Shown: positions 7,401-16,625, counted from the stretch's first letter. The stretch: 18,127 nucleotides of DNA from Clostridia bacterium (GCA_045545475.1 JAZQAZ010000039.1:1-18127); one strand, 5' to 3'. Made by a program: numbers and translations. Notes: a model not told the origin generated them from the sequence alone.

Positions 7401-7430
7401 TAAATATCAGCGCTTTTTGTTTTATGTCAA
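7401..7430 (-). promoter_or_regulatory. Possible promoter for the surface-protein pair (perfect TTGACA, weak -10)
   Basis: TTGACA at 7430-7425; TGATATTTA downstream; AAGCGCT core in the spacer is weakly reminiscent of LacI/cre operators. Confidence 0.35.
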
Positions 7431-7458
7431 TTGTAAAATCAAATATATCATTCAACTG

Positions 7459-7608
7459 TTACAAATATTCCTGCTGAAAGTCCTCAGGAATCACATTGAA
7501 ATTGCTGACAGCGAAATTAATTCCCGCTTCTGCCATTAATTTAACGTGTTCCTTGTCAAAGGTTAAAATGGGCGAATATGCACCGATAATAATCTTTTTA
7601 TTTTTCAT
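7459..7608 (-). pseudogene. N-terminal fragment of a probable glycoside-hydrolase-like gene
   Basis: MKNKKIIIGAYSP...KLMAEAGINFAV (49 aa) with its own AAGGA-N8-ATG; resembles the first strand/helix of a TIM-barrel GH and then stops. Confidence 0.45.
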
Positions 7609-7880
7609 AATAATATTCCTTATAGATAGTTCTGACCTGATTAACAATTCCTCCGCTTCCCTGTATACGAGTTCACGAACATATCTCCCGATCGTCTCCC
7701 CCGTGTCTTTTTTTAAATAGTAGTCTAATGTCTTTGCAGGCAGGCATAAATTATCTGCTATATTTGCTGTCGTAAGTTTCAACGAAAGATTTTCTCTCAC
7801 GCATTTGATAATTTTCCGAGTTGTTTCCGAATAGTTTTCGTTTATTATTTATTTGTTCGTTTGAGACCATAATTTTTTGA
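7609..7880 (-). pseudogene. AraC-family regulator fragment (first HTH and start of the second; both ends missing)
   Basis: Frame extends upstream of the listed GTG: YSETTRKIIKCVRENLSLKLTTANIADNLCL...YLKKDTGETIGRYV...EAEELLIRSELSIRNI. It lacks the GF...YF..FK C-terminal HTH and any sensing domain. Confidence 0.75.
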
Positions 7881-7882
7881 GG

Positions 7883-7917
7883 AAATCCCGCTAAAGTATA
7901 AAAAATACTAAAATGGT
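7883..7917. repeat. Imperfect 35-bp direct repeat, copy 2 (hairpin decayed)
   Basis: 29/35 identical to 1891-1925; lies 2 nt beyond the GH39 stop codon and at the truncated 5' end of the AraC fragment. Confidence 0.75.
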
Positions 7918-7919
7918 TA

Positions 7920-9272
7920 TTATGCTTCGATTTTTAAATATGCTACTTCCCAAATAGGGAGCTTAATTTTAAGTGCAGCACTACCTGATGCACTAAAGGA
8001 GAAATCTTCTACAAGATTTTCACCTTCACGAAGTCTTATAACCTTAATTGTTGCATTATTGGAAAGTCCCGAAAGTTCGACATTAATTTCAGAATCTTCA
8101 TTCTTGAAGTTTGACAAAATAACACCACTCAAATTTTCATTTGTTGCCGCTGTCGCATAGATGTGCTCACCTTCCACGCTTACATCAACATGGTTTTTAA
8201 GCGCATAAAGTTCGCCGAATGCAACAAAGGAGAACCAGGGATATTCCGGTACATCGTGAACAGGGTCAATAAAACCGTTGTATGAGCTTCTGGGTTCAAA
8301 TGAATAGTACATTGCCTTGTCAAGGTAGTCTGTTTCCTGAAGCATGGAAAGTACTGCCGCATTAAAGGTTGCACCTTCCATTGTATGCTTGGAGGGAAAG
8401 CCTCTGCCTTCGGCGTGAATGTTCCATTCATTAAGATGAGACTCTGTTTTGGTAAGACCAAAAGAATCAAGAGTTTCTCTTACATATTTTGCGTGAGCCA
8501 AAAGTTCAAGTTCATCGCCTGTGTAGATGTGCCACGAGTAGAAATCTAGAGGAAGGTTTTCTTCCTTTATCATTTTAAGGAAATCCACAAAGTAAGGCAC
8601 GAAAGCCTTGAAACTTGCAGGAATCTTTTCCAATCCTCTTGTTACTTCATAGAAGCCGCAGGAGCCGTAACCGCCTATTTTTATTTCGGGAAACTTTTCT
8701 TTAAGGTACTTTGAAGTAACTCTGTAGAGGTCATAAAATTCTTCTTTTGTTCCGCTCCACTGGCAGGGTCCCCACTGGTTTCCCGGGTTTTCAGGTTCAT
8801 TCCAGATTTCCCAATATTTAAGGTCGTAATTAAAGCCGTTTGCCCAACCCTTATTGTAGTGCATAATGATGTGCTCACAGATTCTTGCCCATTTGTTAAA
8901 GTCGGCAGGCATAACCGAAGAATATTTCTTGCTGCCCCACTCGATAGTAACACCAAGACGATAGTAAGCTTCGCATCCTGCTTTCTGAATTGCTGTTATA
9001 TACTCATCGGTATAATGAAAATCATAGCTTGCAGGGTCGTTTTCATCAGCATCAAAGTTGGGGAATACGTTGGGAATGTCAACAAAGTACATTCCGCCAT
9101 AACCGCCCTGACAATCGTGAAGACGGCAATAAGGAATGTGACCTTCCTTGAAATATTTATCTATCCATCCCTGATTAGGACCTGCATTAATGGAATAGGG
9201 TGCACAGCATACTCCGTTAAGAGCCTTTATTTCGCCCTTGATTTTAGAAAAATCCACTTTAATGTTATTCAT
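7920..9272 (-). CDS. GH39-family glycoside hydrolase (beta-xylosidase-like), cytoplasmic
   Basis: RLHD, YDFHYTD, YWEIWNEP (acid/base), LDFYSWHIY, HLNEWN (nucleophile); no signal peptide; GGAGG RBS. Confidence 0.85.
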   Translation of the reverse strand: MNNIKVDFSKIKGEIKALNGVCCAPYSINAGPNQGWIDKYFKEGHIPYCRLHDCQGGYGGMYFVDIPNVFPNFDADENDPASYDFHYTDEYITAIQKAGCEAYYRLGVTIEWGSKKYSSVMPADFNKWARICEHIIMHYNKGWANGFNYDLKYWEIWNEPENPGNQWGPCQWSGTKEEFYDLYRVTSKYLKEKFPEIKIGGYGSCGFYEVTRGLEKIPASFKAFVPYFVDFLKMIKEENLPLDFYSWHIYTGDELELLAHAKYVRETLDSFGLTKTESHLNEWNIHAEGRGFPSKHTMEGATFNAAVLSMLQETDYLDKAMYYSFEPRSSYNGFIDPVHDVPEYPWFSFVAFGELYALKNHVDVSVEGEHIYATAATNENLSGVILSNFKNEDSEINVELSGLSNNATIKVIRLREGENLVEDFSFSASGSAALKIKLPIWEVAYLKIEA

Positions 9273-9287
9273 TATTACTTCCTCCGG

Positions 9288-10067
9288 TTATTCGTTATTG
9301 TCTATAATTCTTGTAATTAAGGTCATTCGCTCATTTAAGTAATCAAGCCATTCATTCTGACTGTTGTAAATAAAGGGGTTTACATCGGATTTTCCAAGCT
9401 TTGAAAGCTTTTCTTCTGTTTTATTGTTTTCCGGATGGTTTCCGAGGAAAAGCTCAACTTTTTCATTTTTCAAATTTGTGATGCTTTCAGCAAACTTATT
9501 TCTGTTTTCGTAAGGAAGGTTATGTTCATCAAGAAAATCACGACGCAGAGTATTGCATCCTCCGCCTCCAAACATTCCCGCACGATATTTCTCGTTTCCA
9601 TCCGTCACATCGAAGAAAAAAGACATTGTTCCCTCTGTATGTCCCGGAGTGGAAACACATTTTATCTTTGTATTTCCAAGGCTTATTTCATCTCCGTCTT
9701 CAAGAAGAAAATCCGGAGTAAAAGAAATCAACGGATAGTGGAATATTTCTCCTGTAAGAAGGGGTAGGTCCTTCTTTCCGATAAAAGTTTTTGCCCCTGT
9801 GAGTGACACCAAAGCTTTTACCGAATCCATATGGTCGTAATGAGCATGAGAAATCACAATATACTTTATATTCGAGGGATTAAAACCAAGTGACCAAATA
9901 TTATTGATTATTACATGCAAACTTTCGAAACATCCCGGGTCAATTATTATAAGTCCGTCTCCTGTATCAATCAGATGTGTAGAAACCGCACGGACTCCTA
10001 TAAAATATAAATTCCCGAAAATTCTTGCAGGCTTTATATAACCTTTCCATGCTTCTGAAACAGTCAT
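9288..10067 (-). CDS. Metallo-beta-lactamase-fold hydrolase, subclass B3-like, no signal peptide
   Basis: PARIFGNLYFIG, LIDTGDGLIIID, SHAHYDH, TPGHTEG, LGNHP. Confidence 0.88.
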   Translation of the reverse strand: MTVSEAWKGYIKPARIFGNLYFIGVRAVSTHLIDTGDGLIIIDPGCFESLHVIINNIWSLGFNPSNIKYIVISHAHYDHMDSVKALVSLTGAKTFIGKKDLPLLTGEIFHYPLISFTPDFLLEDGDEISLGNTKIKCVSTPGHTEGTMSFFFDVTDGNEKYRAGMFGGGGCNTLRRDFLDEHNLPYENRNKFAESITNLKNEKVELFLGNHPENNKTEEKLSKLGKSDVNPFIYNSQNEWLDYLNERMTLITRIIDNNE

Positions 10068-10068
10068 T

Positions 10069-11157
10069 TTATATCCCCCATAAATAGCTTAAACTTTCTT
10101 TTAATCTTTCACATTCTGATTTATTATCTTTATCTATTGCACTTGAATTACATAATTTTTCATAGTAAGCATCAAAATTGCTGTTGTTTTTTGATATTCC
10201 CAACGAAGTTACGCTATAGGGCATATTATATTCTTTCATCAATTCCACAAGAAATGCATTGTTTTCTTCTTCTCCGTTAAAATGATTTTGTAAAAGTAAT
10301 CCTATGCCCACAATTTCGCCATGCAGATATGCTTTTGATTCTTCCGGAAACAAAAATTTTGTGGTCTCATAAAATTTATGACCGAGTGCCGTTTGATTTG
10401 AACCACGAGCCACACCGCTTATTACCCCGGCAATTGCAATGCATATAAAAATCACATTTTCCACATCATCGCTTATGATATTATTTTCAATATCCTCGAT
10501 GCACTTTTTCGTTTTTTCAGTAAGGACGTTATATGCTCTTTTTGCCATAACGTAAGCATAATCCAACCCCATAGGATATTCCTGCATATCTTCCCTGAAT
10601 CGTTGCTTAATCTCAACGAATTTTGCAAGTGCATCAAAAACTCCGGCAACCAAAAGTCTTTTCGGCTGTCCGGCAATTATTTCTGTATCGCAAATAACCG
10701 CATCAACTTCATAGCTGTAATGAATTGAACCTACAGTTTTTCCATCGGGGGTATAACGAATGCTGAGGGGAGTATACGCGGCACATGTTGCACTGGATGT
10801 AGGGATGTTAATAACCGGAATTTTTGCAAAATACGCACAGAGTTTTACAAAATCCATTATAACTCCGCCTCCGATTCCTATAAAAACATCAAATCCGTTT
10901 TCTGCAGCATAGCATGCAATCTCTTTTGCCCTTTGCTCTTCGCATGTTCCATCGTGAGTTATAAATTCAAATTTATTTGTATTTCCATCAAGATTTTTTG
11001 TAAGAATATCACGCGTAATTGAAAGTGAGGTTGTATCACCAATCAGAAGCGGAGTATTTCCCAGATTTTTTACCTCGTCCAAACATCTGTTTATATATCC
11101 TTTACCCTGAATGTATCTTCCACATCCTATTCTGAAACTTTCTTCCTTAATCGGCAT
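10069..11157 (-). CDS. Glycerol-dehydrogenase-like (Fe/Zn-ADH family) oxidoreductase
   Basis: RYIQG, GIGGGVIMDFVK, IPTSSATCAA, GVFDALAK, ALGH, LHGEIVG. Confidence 0.88.
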   Translation of the reverse strand: MPIKEESFRIGCGRYIQGKGYINRCLDEVKNLGNTPLLIGDTTSLSITRDILTKNLDGNTNKFEFITHDGTCEEQRAKEIACYAAENGFDVFIGIGGGVIMDFVKLCAYFAKIPVINIPTSSATCAAYTPLSIRYTPDGKTVGSIHYSYEVDAVICDTEIIAGQPKRLLVAGVFDALAKFVEIKQRFREDMQEYPMGLDYAYVMAKRAYNVLTEKTKKCIEDIENNIISDDVENVIFICIAIAGVISGVARGSNQTALGHKFYETTKFLFPEESKAYLHGEIVGIGLLLQNHFNGEEENNAFLVELMKEYNMPYSVTSLGISKNNSNFDAYYEKLCNSSAIDKDNKSECERLKESLSYLWGI

Positions 11158-11177
11158 AGTTTCTTCCTCCTAATGTG

Positions 11178-12260
11178 TCAGTTTAATTCTTCAATGCCAA
11201 GTTCTTTACATATTTTATTTATTTCTTCTACCGTCTTTATGTTTACATCTATTCCGTTTTCAAGTTTTTCTTCATATCTTAATGCTTCTTTTTCGCCGTG
11301 AGTGTATATCGGCACATTTTCATCAGCTCTTTTGGCGTCACGCAGTTCCTGTAAGAAAATACTAAGATTTTCCTTTTGTGCTTCTGCGTTTCCGAAAATT
11401 TCAGGGTTAATTACTATAAAGCTGTGACAAGTGCCGGCACCCTGATTTTCCTTTCTGATATGATGATTGGAAGTAGCTCCGCCCGATACAATCGCACTTA
11501 AAAGTTCGCACATCATACTGTAGCCATAGCCTTTATGTGAACCTGTTACTTCGGTGTTTCCTCCGACAGGCAAAATTCCGCCTGTACCAACCTTATCGTT
11601 AATACAATGAAGTACATGTGCCGCATCGGTTGATACCCTTCCGTCTTCTCCCGTTGCCCAGCCATATTCAAGAGGTTTTTCTGCTTTATTGTAAACCTCC
11701 AATTTTCCTCTCGGAATAACTGTGGTTGCGGCATCAAACCAGAAGGGATAAGGTTCTGCCGGCATAGCAAAGGCAATAGGGTTTGAGCCGAGCAATGCCT
11801 GTTTTGAATTTGTATGTACTGCTATTGACTCGGTATTTGTAACACACATACCAATCATCCCTGCATCAACAGCTTTTTTAGTATAATATCCTGCAATACC
11901 ATAGTGATTTGAATTTCTGACAGTTACAAATGCTATACCGCTTTTTTTCGCTTTCTCTATAGCAAGATTATTAGCGAAAGTTGATGTCAGATGTCCTATG
12001 CCGCTATGTCCGTCAATTACGGCAGAAACAGGTGTTTCGAAAACTATTTCCGGCTTAGCATCTAAATGTATTGAGTTTTTCTTAATTGCATTATAGTATC
12101 TCATAAGACGCTGTACGCCGTGTGATTCTATTCCGTACATATCGGCAAGTAACAATACTTCTGTAATGATTTTTGCATCATTCTCATTATATCCCAGTTT
12201 TTCAAAAACTTTTATTACAACTTCCTCTAATTTCGTTACCGCAAATTTTGTATAACTCAT
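11178..12260 (-). CDS. Ldh_2-family (malate/L-lactate dehydrogenase-like; ComC/YbiC/AllD type) 2-oxoacid reductase
   Basis: ADMYGIESHG, VRNSNHYG, GSNPIAFA, DAATT, SHKGYG. Confidence 0.92.
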   Translation of the reverse strand: MSYTKFAVTKLEEVVIKVFEKLGYNENDAKIITEVLLLADMYGIESHGVQRLMRYYNAIKKNSIHLDAKPEIVFETPVSAVIDGHSGIGHLTSTFANNLAIEKAKKSGIAFVTVRNSNHYGIAGYYTKKAVDAGMIGMCVTNTESIAVHTNSKQALLGSNPIAFAMPAEPYPFWFDAATTVIPRGKLEVYNKAEKPLEYGWATGEDGRVSTDAAHVLHCINDKVGTGGILPVGGNTEVTGSHKGYGYSMMCELLSAIVSGGATSNHHIRKENQGAGTCHSFIVINPEIFGNAEAQKENLSIFLQELRDAKRADENVPIYTHGEKEALRYEEKLENGIDVNIKTVEEINKICKELGIEELN

Positions 12261-12291
12261 TAAAACAACGCTCCCTTTTTTGAAATTCCGC

Positions 12292-13461
12292 TTATTTGGT
12301 TCCGAATGCTTTCTTCATACGTTCCAAAGCTTCTTTTATATCCTCATACTTTGATGCAAAGCATATTCTTATATAACCTTCACCGTCAGGGCCAAAGGCA
12401 CTTCCCGGTGCGGTTACCACGTGCGTTTTTTCAAGTATGTACTCTGCCGTATCTACACTGTTCATGCCAAATCCGGTAATATTGGGAAATACATAAAAAG
12501 CTCCCCTCGGACACAGGCAGGAAAAGCCTTTTATTTCATTTAACCCATCCACAATCAGATGTCTGTTTCTGTCATAATATTTAACCATTCTTGCAACATC
12601 TTCATCCCCGTTATAAATAGCTTCAATAGCCGCCATCTGCATAGGTTCAGGTACGCTGGCAATCATATTTTCCTGTAACTTTATCAAATTTTCTGTTATA
12701 GCTTCATTGGCACATATGTATCCCACTCTGAAACCTGTCATTGCAAATGTTTTTGAAAAGCTGTTTATGGTAAGCACATAGTCTTCTATTCCCGGAATTG
12801 AAGCCAGACTTTTTTGCACAAATCCATCATAAACTAGTTTTTCATAAGGCTCATCGGAAATTACAAAAATTTTGTGCTTTTTTACAAGCTCTGCAATTTC
12901 CAGCAAATCTTCATAATCAAGCACACCGCCAGTTGGGTTTGAGGGTGAATTTATAATAACAAGCTTTGTCTTATCGGTAATCAAGGGTTCTATGACATCT
13001 GCTGTCATCTTAAATTCATTCTTTTCATCAACCTTGGCATAAACAGTTTTTGCATTAACCATATCAATCTGACCTTTATAATCAGGCCAGTTCGGTCCCT
13101 GTATAATAACTTCATCTCCGGGATTGACCAAGGTCACTATTGCAAGCATAAGTGCTTGTGTTGCTCCTGCCGTAACTATAAGATTTTTATCGGGATCACA
13201 CTTTATGTCATTTTCCTTTTGCAATTTGTAGGCAATAGCATCACGAAGACCTTTAATTCCTGCGTTTGGAGTATACTTTGTTTTCTTCTCTTTGAGTCCT
13301 TTTATTGCCGCTTCTATTATGTGCTCAGGTGCTGTAAAACCCGGTTCACCCAAAGTAAGATTTATTGAATCATCGTATTTTCCGGCGAGTTCAAACATCC
13401 TTCTTACGCCGGAGGGAAGAGCGTTTTGTGCCGCAGTGCTCAAAATTTTTCTGTTGTCCAT
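12292..13461 (-). CDS. PLP-dependent class I/II aminotransferase (AspC-like)
   Basis: LGEPGF, YTPNAG, GATQAL, NSPSNPTG, ISDEPY, SFSKTFAMTGFRVG (PLP Lys), YIRICF. Start at 13461 (MDNRK, GAGGT RBS) preferred; the alternative 13482 overlaps the upstream stop. Confidence 0.92.
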   Translation of the reverse strand: MDNRKILSTAAQNALPSGVRRMFELAGKYDDSINLTLGEPGFTAPEHIIEAAIKGLKEKKTKYTPNAGIKGLRDAIAYKLQKENDIKCDPDKNLIVTAGATQALMLAIVTLVNPGDEVIIQGPNWPDYKGQIDMVNAKTVYAKVDEKNEFKMTADVIEPLITDKTKLVIINSPSNPTGGVLDYEDLLEIAELVKKHKIFVISDEPYEKLVYDGFVQKSLASIPGIEDYVLTINSFSKTFAMTGFRVGYICANEAITENLIKLQENMIASVPEPMQMAAIEAIYNGDEDVARMVKYYDRNRHLIVDGLNEIKGFSCLCPRGAFYVFPNITGFGMNSVDTAEYILEKTHVVTAPGSAFGPDGEGYIRICFASKYEDIKEALERMKKAFGTK

Positions 13462-13478
13462 TGTATTTCTACCTCGCC

Positions 13479-14624
13479 TCATTGATAGTTCATAACATAA
13501 CTTAAAAACATCATAATTGCATATTTCATACCGTTTTCATCAATTTTAAAGTCGTTACGATGAGCAAGTGCTGTGCATCCTTGCTCTTCATTCCTTGTAC
13601 CAAATCTAAATATTATTCCGGGCACTTTACTAAGATACCATCCGAAATCCTCAGAAGACATTCTTTGAACAATATCTTCTGCCACAATTCCCGAATCCTG
13701 TGCAATAGTTTTGAAATTATGGGTTAAATTCTCATCATTATGAACTGCACCTGTACTCATATTCCAATCAAATTCAACATTACCGCCGTAAGCTTCCGCA
13801 ACTTCGGTGCATATTCTTCGCACATTTGCCTCCACACGTCTTGCAAAATCCATATCATAAAATCTGAAGGAAATATCAAGCTCGCATAAGTCTGCAATAA
13901 CATTATGAACATGGCCACCTTGAAAACGGCCTACTGACCATATGTATTTTGCATCTCCTGCTTCTTCTTTTACCATATCCTTCATTTTGTTGTATGCATC
14001 TACAGCCATAGCCACAGCGTCTATGCCATACTCCGGTAAAGTGGCGTGAGAAGTCCTTCCTATAAAGCGAATTGTTGCAGGTATGCATGCCGCCATATAA
14101 TCGCCTTCGCAAATACCCACTTTTCCAACTTCCATATCGTTTTCACAGTGAGTGCACACAATATGGTCCAATCCATGGCACACGCCATTATCTACCATCA
14201 TTTTCGCACCGCTTATTTGACCTTCTTCACTCGGCTGAAAAATCAGCCTTACACGGCACGATAGCTTTTCTTCGTTTTCCTTTAAGTATTTCGCAACCGC
14301 CAAAAGTATGGCGGTATGTGCATCGTGACCGCAAGCGTGCATCTGTCCTTTTATTTTCGACTTATAGGGCAAATCTGTTTTTTCATCAACAGGAAGAGCA
14401 TCCATATCTGCACGCAAAGCTATAATTTTATCGCCTTTTCCTATTTCGGCCACAATAGAACATTTACCATATTTATATGTGTAGTCTATCCCGCATTTTT
14501 CAAGCTCTTTCGATACCAATTCAACCGTTTTGGGAAGCTCAAAGCCTACTTCGGGATACTCGTGAAGCTTTCTTCTGATAGCAACGGCGTAAGAAAAAAG
14601 CTCTTTTGAAATCTGACCATTCAC
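13479..14624 (-). CDS. M20 family (Acy1-like) amidohydrolase
   Basis: RRKLHEYPE, LRADMDALP, MHACGHDAH, FQPSEEG, GRTSHA, SEDF. Confidence 0.93.
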   Translation of the reverse strand: MNGQISKELFSYAVAIRRKLHEYPEVGFELPKTVELVSKELEKCGIDYTYKYGKCSIVAEIGKGDKIIALRADMDALPVDEKTDLPYKSKIKGQMHACGHDAHTAILLAVAKYLKENEEKLSCRVRLIFQPSEEGQISGAKMMVDNGVCHGLDHIVCTHCENDMEVGKVGICEGDYMAACIPATIRFIGRTSHATLPEYGIDAVAMAVDAYNKMKDMVKEEAGDAKYIWSVGRFQGGHVHNVIADLCELDISFRFYDMDFARRVEANVRRICTEVAEAYGGNVEFDWNMSTGAVHNDENLTHNFKTIAQDSGIVAEDIVQRMSSEDFGWYLSKVPGIIFRFGTRNEEQGCTALAHRNDFKIDENGMKYAIMMFLSYVMNYQ

Positions 14625-14643
14625 AATGGCTCAGCACCTTTCG

Positions 14644-16122
14644 TTAAAACATTTTATTTATACTTTCAAGTGTTTTTCTGACTAATAAATCTCCGCCTTC
14701 ATGTCCCACGTTTCCGGAGGAAATATATGCACTGTAGTGTCCGGCATGTTCAGCTTTTTCGGTAGGAAGATAGCCTAAATCGCCGTTTGACATCTGGAAA
14801 AGAAATGTCTGCTTCGCAAGGCTTCTTGCACGGATACGGTTTGCGTAATCAAGATATAATTCAAAGGGATTGTTTGACATGGCAACTTCTCCGAGACGTA
14901 TTGTGTGAAGCTCTATCGGGACAATATCCTTTGTCTGTTGTTCTTCATATCTTATAATTGTCCCTGCATAGACATATAGCGAAGCATTGGCATTATAATC
15001 AATATCCCCTTCATATTCCTTAAAGTATGTACGAAGTTTTTCCTCAGCTTCATTAAATTCTTTTATTGTAGCTCTTCTTAAAGGAAGTGCAAGGGTTTCT
15101 ACATTATGAATAAAAATATCATCGTAGCGCAGTTTGTTAACTGCATTATCATATTCGTCAACTATTTCATGAAAAATTCGTCTGCCGATTTTCCATGTTC
15201 CTGCCACATCATACATTGAAGGGTCTGCATTCCTGCTTAACTTTCTCGGTGCAACGTTCGGGTCTTCAATAGGAGTTTCAGGGTCAACCCATCGGATTAA
15301 ATCTCTGGGGCACTGGTCTCCTGCAGGGGAAATGAGCCCCAAAACAAATAAATCTTCTCCGAAATGTTCACGAAGTTGAATTTTAACCTTTCCCCAATAA
15401 TCTGAAGATATGATGCTTCTCTGTTCAACAACCTGAGCAGGGCAGGCTACATTTGCAAGTATGCCCGTAAGAATCTTATTTTCGTCAAAGAAATATAAAA
15501 GTTCGATACCTGAATCGTTTCCGCCTTCAAGTTCCGAGAAATTAGCCATGTTGGAATCGCCCCACATTTTGGCACTTCCATCATCGTATGCAACACGACG
15601 GCACATACCTGTTGCGGCACGACCAAATCCCGGTGCATAACAACCAAGCTTTCTGTCTTCCCAGGCACTTATAACCGCAAGTGATACTTTTTCAGCAATG
15701 AAATCAAATGCATCAAAAGGATGCATCGCATCTCCGCTTACATGTTTTACATATTTTCTGCCTTCCGGAATATAGCGCTTTAATATTTCAACTGTTGAAA
15801 CTTTAGAAGGTTCGTTTCTGTAGGCATATTCGTAAGATGTGTGAGTATGGGTTGCGCAAAGTATAATTTTTGATACATCAAGGTCATTAACCTTTCCTGA
15901 CACGAATTCTCTTACTTTATCAACCAACTCGCTTTTAATACACGCAATGTCGCAAGAGCAAATTACCGCTTGTTCGCCGTCGCATTCGATGGCAAGTGCC
16001 GTAACTGTTATAGGCGTTTCAATTACGTCCGATATTCTTTCATAAAATTGGCCTGAAACAAATATTTTTTCTTTAGGCGAGATATCAACTTCTGACCAGC
16101 CGATTTTTATTTTAGATTCCAT
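14644..16122 (-). CDS. Neutral/alkaline ceramidase-like metallo-amidohydrolase of unknown substrate
   Basis: KIGWSEVDISP, ILCATHTHT, PAGDQCP, IRLGE..NPFELY, GYLPT. Start at 16122 (MESKIK, AAAGGAG RBS) preferred over 16149. Confidence 0.7.
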   Translation of the reverse strand: MESKIKIGWSEVDISPKEKIFVSGQFYERISDVIETPITVTALAIECDGEQAVICSCDIACIKSELVDKVREFVSGKVNDLDVSKIILCATHTHTSYEYAYRNEPSKVSTVEILKRYIPEGRKYVKHVSGDAMHPFDAFDFIAEKVSLAVISAWEDRKLGCYAPGFGRAATGMCRRVAYDDGSAKMWGDSNMANFSELEGGNDSGIELLYFFDENKILTGILANVACPAQVVEQRSIISSDYWGKVKIQLREHFGEDLFVLGLISPAGDQCPRDLIRWVDPETPIEDPNVAPRKLSRNADPSMYDVAGTWKIGRRIFHEIVDEYDNAVNKLRYDDIFIHNVETLALPLRRATIKEFNEAEEKLRTYFKEYEGDIDYNANASLYVYAGTIIRYEEQQTKDIVPIELHTIRLGEVAMSNNPFELYLDYANRIRARSLAKQTFLFQMSNGDLGYLPTEKAEHAGHYSAYISSGNVGHEGGDLLVRKTLESINKMF

Positions 16123-16141
16123 AATCAAAACTCCTTTCAGC

Positions 16142-16597
16142 TTATTCATTCACATCCGGTAAAATTGTAGACGTGCACTTATGCTCCATCAAGGATATCA
16201 TGGTATGGCTTTTCATAACGCCTTTGTTATTCTTTATAAATAAAATCTTGTCTTCCAGTGATTCAATATTTTTTGCACAAATTTTGAACATATAGTCGTA
16301 TTCACCGGTTACGGAGTAACACTCAAGCACGTCCTTCTCTTTTTGTGCATATTCCAAAAGGTTCTTTATATTGTTACCAAATTGCATTACTATGAAAACA
16401 AATGCCGTAACTGTTTTGTCTACCGCCTTAGGATTTGTAACTATAGTAAAGCGACTTATTATACCTTCTTTTTGCATACGAAGAATTCTCTTGTTTACAG
16501 CCGGCACCGACAAATTCACAAGATTACCGATTTCTGTTGATGTAGTATTTGCGTCCTTCGCCAAAACTTCAAGTATTTTTTCATCTATTCTATCCAT
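16142..16597 (-). CDS. Lrp/AsnC-family transcriptional regulator
   Basis: MDRIDEKILEVL..IGNLVNLSVPAVNKRILRMQKEGII; VLECYSVTGEYDY. Confidence 0.95.
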   Translation of the reverse strand: MDRIDEKILEVLAKDANTTSTEIGNLVNLSVPAVNKRILRMQKEGIISRFTIVTNPKAVDKTVTAFVFIVMQFGNNIKNLLEYAQKEKDVLECYSVTGEYDYMFKICAKNIESLEDKILFIKNNKGVMKSHTMISLMEHKCTSTILPDVNE

Positions 16598-16625
16598 ATA
16601 AACCCCCCTTATTTAATTTAAACAA

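Noticed and set aside
7459-7800. Intact AraC regulator
   Set aside because: Lacks the sensing domain and the second HTH; the C-terminal half is unrelated sequence.
9288-10067. Bona fide acquired beta-lactam resistance gene
   Set aside because: No signal peptide, metabolic operon context and no adjacent mobile element; activity cannot be inferred from sequence.
12275-12295. Third copy of the AAATCCCGCTAAAG repeat (GAAATTCCGCTTA)
   Set aside because: Too short and degenerate to exceed chance in AT-rich DNA.
2852-16601. The many 60-153 aa ORFs nested in or antisense to the long genes
   Set aside because: Shadow frames of well-supported CDSs with no recognisable motifs.
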